A stretch of 64,000 bases of DNA from Thermoanaerobaculia bacterium (GTDB lineage Bacteria; Acidobacteriota; Thermoanaerobaculia; UBA5066), in assembly GCA_963719225.1 (NCBI GenBank), contig CAVRAY010000001.1, positions 672,001-736,000 of the forward strand, in the 5' to 3' direction. A program made the translations under genes and the position numbers. Shown piece after piece: positions 59,223-64,000 of the stretch. The notes under the pieces are model-generated. The model made no database searches. It worked only from the letters and a program-made list of their open reading frames with translations, and had not been told where the DNA came from. How positions within the stretch are numbered: the first letter of the stretch is position 1; each line of letters starts with the position of its first letter.

Positions 59223-60007
59223 ATCCCGGCCCAACCCGGCTCCAAACGCGTCCAGCCTTCCTCGATCGCCCACAGGTCCATCGCGAGGGAGACGAGGTCG
59301 TCCACCTCGGGCAGCGGCCTCGCGTCGAGCGTGAGGTCGATCGACTTGACGTACCGGCGACAGGTCTCGCAGGCCTCGATGCGGACGTTCTTGTGCACGT
59401 CGCTCTGGAAGCCCGGCAGCTTCGCGGGGTTCTCCTCCTGGCAGGAGGGGCAGCGGATGCGGTTGAAGGCCCACTCGGTTCCGCAAAGCCCGCAGACGAG
59501 GAAGCGGGCGGCGCCGTTGGATTCCGGCAGCTCCTTTCGGAAGGACACGATCGGAGCCGCGCCGCATGCGGGGCAGTGGCCTTCGTGCCGGGGCCGATGG
59601 GCGGCGACGCCCGCCTGCGCGAGGACCTCTGCGAAAGGGCGGAGGAACGCGCGGGACAGATAGTCCTCCACGGCCTCACGGCCGCCTTCCCAATAGACGC
59701 GGAGCCGCGTGGCCGCAGTCTCCGGGTCGTCCTTCGCCCGGCTCTCCGCGGCCTCCGCGAGCTCGGCCGGCCCGTCCGCCGCGGCGAAGGAAAGCAGGGG
59801 GGGCAGGAGGTCGACGACGCGGGGCAGGTCGGCCGCCTCGCCCGAGAACGGCGCGTCGGCGTGCCGCGCGGAGACGGCCGCGGCAAGCCGACCCTGCAGG
59901 CGGAAGAGCTTCGCCGCGAACACGAGCGGATCGGCGACGGCGGGCGCGGAGCCGGCAAGCAGCTCGGCGCGCGCCGCGCGCTTTTCGAACGGATCGGAAA
60001 GGGTCAA
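59219..60007 (-). CDS. fdhE: Formate dehydrogenase accessory protein
   Basis: CPACG, RFLVCGLCGTEW..RIRCPSC, EACETCRRYVK, DDLVSL. Confidence 0.92.
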   Translation of the reverse strand: MTLSDPFEKRAARAELLAGSAPAVADPLVFAAKLFRLQGRLAAAVSARHADAPFSGEAADLPRVVDLLPPLLSFAAADGPAELAEAAESRAKDDPETAATRLRVYWEGGREAVEDYLSRAFLRPFAEVLAQAGVAAHRPRHEGHCPACGAAPIVSFRKELPESNGAARFLVCGLCGTEWAFNRIRCPSCQEENPAKLPGFQSDVHKNVRIEACETCRRYVKSIDLTLDARPLPEVDDLVSLAMDLWAIEEGWTRLEPGWAGI

Positions 60008-60020
60008 CGAGGTCTCGAGG

Positions 60021-60710
60021 CTACTTCTCGCCCGTCACATCCTTGTACCACCGCGGGTGGTGCAGGCGCGCCCACGCCCTCGTGACGGTGCCCCGCGTCA
60101 TCGAGCCGAACGTCCCGGGCTCGGCTGCGGTGCCGAGGTAGATGTGGAAGACGATCGTGACCGCGAAAAGGACGAAAGTGAAGTCGTGCAGAAGCACCGC
60201 GAGCTCACGGACGAGGAGCGGGAAGGTGAGCGGGAACCAGAGGACGACGCCTGAAACGAGGAGGCCGAGCGCCGCGAGCGCCGACGTGAAGAAGAAGATC
60301 TTCTGGCCGCCGTTGTACTTGCCGACCTCGGAGTCGTCGGTCTGATAGCGCATGTACGTGAACAGCTTCGGACCGATCCAGCTTTTCTCGTCGGGCCGGA
60401 GCTCCATCTCGGAGAACCACGCGACGAGCATCACGAGTGTCGCGATCGAGAAAGCGACGCCCGCCCAGGGATGCAGCCAGCGGCAGACCTGAAGTCCGCC
60501 GAAGAGTGGCGCCATCCAGGCGAAGACCGGCGTCCAGATCGGCAGACCGGTGAGCAGACAGACGATGAACGTGACGGCGACGCACCAATGGATGACACGC
60601 GAGGAGAGACGGTGGCGGATGATCTCGTTTCCAACGACGACGTTCTCGCGATCACGGCCCACGATGACGGCTTCGTCCATCGCCCGGTCGCGGATCGGGG
60701 CAGCGCTCAT
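60021..60710 (-). CDS. fdnI: Formate dehydrogenase gamma subunit (cytochrome b556)
   Basis: RVIHW, WLHPW, GKYNGGQK, LLHD, HIY, HHPRWY. Confidence 0.92.
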   Translation of the reverse strand: MSAAPIRDRAMDEAVIVGRDRENVVVGNEIIRHRLSSRVIHWCVAVTFIVCLLTGLPIWTPVFAWMAPLFGGLQVCRWLHPWAGVAFSIATLVMLVAWFSEMELRPDEKSWIGPKLFTYMRYQTDDSEVGKYNGGQKIFFFTSALAALGLLVSGVVLWFPLTFPLLVRELAVLLHDFTFVLFAVTIVFHIYLGTAAEPGTFGSMTRGTVTRAWARLHHPRWYKDVTGEK

Positions 60711-60734
60711 TTTGCCTCCTCTTCTCTCTTCCGC

Positions 60735-61631
60735 TCAGGCCTGCGGCAGGTTGGATTCGGAGTCGGCCGCGCCCTTCACTTCCTTCTTCCCGAAGTTCAG
60801 GTAGTGCCCGAAGGCGCCGACGACGGCTCCGACGATGGCGATCAGTCCGAGCGGGCGGACGATGTTCTTCCAGAACTTCATGCCCAGCGGCACGTGCGGA
60901 TCGCGCGGAAGGGCGCCGTACCACTCGGGATGATCTCCGTGCGCGAGCACGGTGACGACGCCCGTCCCCCCGACGCCCTTCGGGTCGTAGAGCGCGGCGT
61001 TCGGGAAGCCGTTCGCCTTGAGCTGCTCGACGCGATGGTTGCCGAGGGCGACCATGTCGTCCTTCGTGCCGAAATGAAGGCAGCCGGTCGGGCAGGCCTT
61101 GATGCACGCGGGCTCGAGTCCCACCGAGACCCGGTCGACGCACAGCGTGCACTTCGCCATCTTCCCCGTGGCAGCATGGAATTTCGGGACCTCGAACGGG
61201 CAGCCGGTCGCGCAGTAGCCGCAACCGATGCACTGCTCGGGGTTCACGTCCACGACGCCGTTCGCGTACTGGACGATCGCGCCCGGCGCGGGGCACGCCT
61301 CGAGGCATCCGGGCTCGGCGCAGTGCATGCACTGGTCCTTGCGCATGAGCCACATGAGCCCGCCTTCGACCTCGTGCTCGTCGAATCGGATGAGGTTCCA
61401 GAAGGACGGGTCGAGCGTCGCCATCGTCTGGTACGTGCCCGTCTGCGACGTCGGGACGACCTTCAGGTCGTTCCATTCCTGGCAGGCCACCTCGCACGCC
61501 TTGCAGCCGATGCACGTCGACGTGTCGATGTACTTCGAGACGGTCGGAAGAGTGCGCAGGCCGGTGGCGTTCCCGGACGAGAGGATGCCAGAGGCGGAGG
61601 AGCGGGAGATCTCGAGGTTCTGAACGCTCAT
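60735..61631 (-). CDS. fdnH: Formate dehydrogenase beta subunit (4x[4Fe-4S])
   Basis: CIGCKACEVAC, CMHC..PGC..CP, CIGCGYC..GCPF, KCTLC..PAC..CP; C-terminal TM. Confidence 0.94.
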   Translation of the reverse strand: MSVQNLEISRSSASGILSSGNATGLRTLPTVSKYIDTSTCIGCKACEVACQEWNDLKVVPTSQTGTYQTMATLDPSFWNLIRFDEHEVEGGLMWLMRKDQCMHCAEPGCLEACPAPGAIVQYANGVVDVNPEQCIGCGYCATGCPFEVPKFHAATGKMAKCTLCVDRVSVGLEPACIKACPTGCLHFGTKDDMVALGNHRVEQLKANGFPNAALYDPKGVGGTGVVTVLAHGDHPEWYGALPRDPHVPLGMKFWKNIVRPLGLIAIVGAVVGAFGHYLNFGKKEVKGAADSESNLPQA

Positions 61632-61644
61632 CGTCGTCCTCCTC

Positions 61645-64000
61645 TCACGCCTTCTCGAGCTTGACGAGGAAGGTCTTGTACTCCGGCGTCCAGGTGTTCG
61701 GGTCCATGGCCGAGGGCGTCAGGAAATTGGCGAGCGGGCCGGTATGGCCGGCTTCGCCCTCGTAGCCCCAGTGGAGCGGGAAGCCGATCTGCCACATGTC
61801 CTGCCCGTTGACCTTCAGAGGCCGGATCCGCTTGGTGACCATCGCGACCCCTTCGACGGAGCCCCTCGCCGACGTGACGCGGGCCTTGCCGCCGTTCGTG
61901 ATGCCTTTTTCCTTCGCGAGAGCCTCCGGGATCTCGATGAAGAAGCCCGGCTGCACCTGGTTCAGACGATCGATGTGCTTGGTCCAGTAGTGGTAATGCT
62001 CCGTGAGGCGGTACGTCGTGCAGACGATGGGGAACTGGTCACGCTTTCCGTAAACGTCCTTATCGGACTTGAACTTCTTCGTGGCGGGATTGGACGTCAC
62101 CTTGGGGTGCAGCGGGTTGTCGCACGGGGCCTCGACCGCCTCGTAATGCTCGGGGAACGGGCCATCGTTCAGCGGCGCGAAGATCTTGCCGACTCCTTCG
62201 GGCAGCATGATGAAGGCGCCGAACGTCCCCGGGGGCGCATCGGGCTTCATGTCGGGGACGTCCCCCACCCACTTCTCTCCGTTCCACTTGATCCCGGCCC
62301 GCGTCGGATCCCAGGGCTTGCCCTCCGCGTCAGCCGAGGCGCGGTTGTACATGACGCGCCGGTTCGCCGGCCAGGAGAAGCACCAGTTGTGGTACATGCC
62401 GAGGCCATTCGCATCGTCCGCGGGGTTGCGCCTCTGCGTCAGATTGCCCGCCTCGGTGTAGCAGCCCGACATGAGCCAGTTGCCGCACATCGTCGAGCCG
62501 TCATCCTGGAGCTGGCCGAACCCGTCGAGCTGCTGGCCGGCCGTCTTGATGAGCTTCGTCTTGTCCTTCGGGTCGTGGATGTCCTCGAGCGCCTTTCCGT
62601 TCAGCTCCTTCAGGACCTCGGACAGGTCGGGCGCCACCGGGTTCGTGTAGGACCAGTCGACGTTCAGGACCGCCTCCGCCGCGGGGCCGCCTTCCTTGCG
62701 GTAGAGGTCCCTCACGGCGAGGAAGATCCTCGCGAGGATCTCCTGGTCGGTCTTGATCTGCCCCGGAGGATCCAGGGCCTTCCATTTCCACTGGATCCAG
62801 CGTGCCGAGTTCGTGAAGCTGCCGTCCTTCTCGGCGAAGTTGGACGCGGGCAGCTGGAAGACCTCGGTCTGGATCTTCGACGGATCCGCGCCGCCGTATT
62901 CCTTGGGCGCCTTCCAGAAGGTCGCCGTCTCGACCTGGTGGTTCTCGACGACGACGAGCCACTTCAGCTTCGAGTGCGCGGCGATCATCTTCGGCGTGTT
63001 CGGACCGATGCCGACGGGGTTCATGCCGAACGTCATGAGGCCCTCGGGGCCGGGCTCCTGGCCGCCAGCGCGGCTCGAGTTGCCGCGGTACATGTCGTCG
63101 AAGATGAACATCCATGAGTAGTTGCCGTCGACCTTCGGAAGCCAGGCGTAGCCGAACTCGTTCTCCTTCTTCGCGTTCTTCCCGTAGCAGGCCTTCAGCA
63201 CCGAGACCATGAACTTCGAGTAGTTCTGCCAGTAGTTCATGGACGGGCCGAGCGCCTTCGGCGTGTTTGCCTCGACGTACTCCTTGAGCGACTGCCACTG
63301 CGCCTGCGGGGTCTTGACGTATCCCGGCAGGATGTCGAAGACGCCCGCGGTGTCCGTCGCGCCCTGGATGTTCGAGTGGCCGCGCAGGGCGTTTACGCCG
63401 CCCCCGGGCCGGCCGACGTTCCCGAGGAGGAGCTGGAGCATCGCGGCCGTCCGGATGATCTGGACGCCGATCGAGTGCTGCGTCCAGCCGAGCGCGTACA
63501 TGACCGTGCCGCAGCGCTCGGCGTTGCCCGTCGACGTCACGACCTCGGCGACCTTGAGGAACGTGTCCTTCGGCGTGCCGCAGATCTTCTCGACCATCTC
63601 GGGCGTGTAGCGGTCGACGTGCTTCTTCAGGAGCTGGAAGACGCAGTTCGGGTCCTCGAGGGTCGGGTCCTTCTTCGCCTCTCCCTTCGCGTCGAGCTGA
63701 TACGCCCACGTATCGCGCTTGTAGCTGCCGGTCGCCTCGTCGAACCCGGAGAAGAGGCCGTCGTCGAACTTGAAGTCGGCGTTGATCAGGAGGGGCGCGT
63801 TCGTGTGGATCCTGACGTAGTCCTCGTGGAACCGCTTCTTGTCGATCGCGTACCGGATGATGCCGAGCAGGTACGCGATGTCCGTGCCGGCCCGGATCGG
63901 GGAGTAGACGTCGGCCACGGCCGCGGTCCGCGTGAAGCGCGGATCCACGGCGACGATCTTCGCGTTACGGGTCTTCTTGGCCTCGATCGCCCACTTGAAG
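61645..64000 (-). CDS. fdnG: Formate dehydrogenase alpha subunit (5' end outside window)
   Basis: VDPRF, LGWTQH, NALRGHSNIQG, EKDGSFTNS, WPANRRVMYNRAS, PFPEHYE, TTYRLTEH. Confidence 0.94.
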   Translation of the reverse strand, partial: FKWAIEAKKTRNAKIVAVDPRFTRTAAVADVYSPIRAGTDIAYLLGIIRYAIDKKRFHEDYVRIHTNAPLLINADFKFDDGLFSGFDEATGSYKRDTWAYQLDAKGEAKKDPTLEDPNCVFQLLKKHVDRYTPEMVEKICGTPKDTFLKVAEVVTSTGNAERCGTVMYALGWTQHSIGVQIIRTAAMLQLLLGNVGRPGGGVNALRGHSNIQGATDTAGVFDILPGYVKTPQAQWQSLKEYVEANTPKALGPSMNYWQNYSKFMVSVLKACYGKNAKKENEFGYAWLPKVDGNYSWMFIFDDMYRGNSSRAGGQEPGPEGLMTFGMNPVGIGPNTPKMIAAHSKLKWLVVVENHQVETATFWKAPKEYGGADPSKIQTEVFQLPASNFAEKDGSFTNSARWIQWKWKALDPPGQIKTDQEILARIFLAVRDLYRKEGGPAAEAVLNVDWSYTNPVAPDLSEVLKELNGKALEDIHDPKDKTKLIKTAGQQLDGFGQLQDDGSTMCGNWLMSGCYTEAGNLTQRRNPADDANGLGMYHNWCFSWPANRRVMYNRASADAEGKPWDPTRAGIKWNGEKWVGDVPDMKPDAPPGTFGAFIMLPEGVGKIFAPLNDGPFPEHYEAVEAPCDNPLHPKVTSNPATKKFKSDKDVYGKRDQFPIVCTTYRLTEHYHYWTKHIDRLNQVQPGFFIEIPEALAKEKGITNGGKARVTSARGSVEGVAMVTKRIRPLKVNGQDMWQIGFPLHWGYEGEAGHTGPLANFLTPSAMDPNTWTPEYKTFLVKLEKA

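Noticed and set aside
63900-64000. Selenocysteine UGA and SECIS in fdnG
   Set aside because: The active-site Sec/Cys codon lies upstream of the window edge and cannot be assessed.

Overview
High-GC bacterial chromosome segment. The protein families look most like Acidobacteriota class Thermoanaerobaculia (inference, not a database result). I see no rRNA, tRNA, CRISPR array, transposase, integrase or phage genes. Layout: (1) 1-12.2 kb holds housekeeping and envelope genes: a PDZ/GAF/PAS membrane sensor running off the left edge, a beta-barrel protein, proline dehydrogenase, comF, an OMP, Lrp, glgC, a DnaJ paralogue and an XRE-TPR-secreted protein operon. (2) ~12.3-42.4 kb is a 30-kb cell-surface island. 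wzm and wzt are split by an FG-GAP lipoprotein, a candidate S-layer/major surface protein and a ~1800-aa PKD protein. They are followed by six GT2/GT4 glycosyltransferase genes, two GT-C-like membrane proteins, a GNAT, a PIG-L deacetylase, a methyltransferase, and two secreted proteins (one a bacterial neprosin) that share a 114-aa C-terminal domain. (3) 42.4-58.9 kb holds holB and tmk, then a signalling cluster (PDZ-GAF-PP2C, TPR, GAF-AAA+ activator with GVATGV, RsbW/RsbV/RsbU) interrupted by aceB and a long ICL2-type aceA. (4) 59-64 kb holds fdnG(partial)-fdnH-fdnI-fdhE. The best candidate for an undescribed system is the surface island: a putative glycosylated S-layer with its glycan pathway and modular C-terminal attachment/sorting domains. 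Many apparent frameshifts cluster in the surface-protein genes and are probably consensus errors. All product calls come from motifs read by eye; no searches were run.
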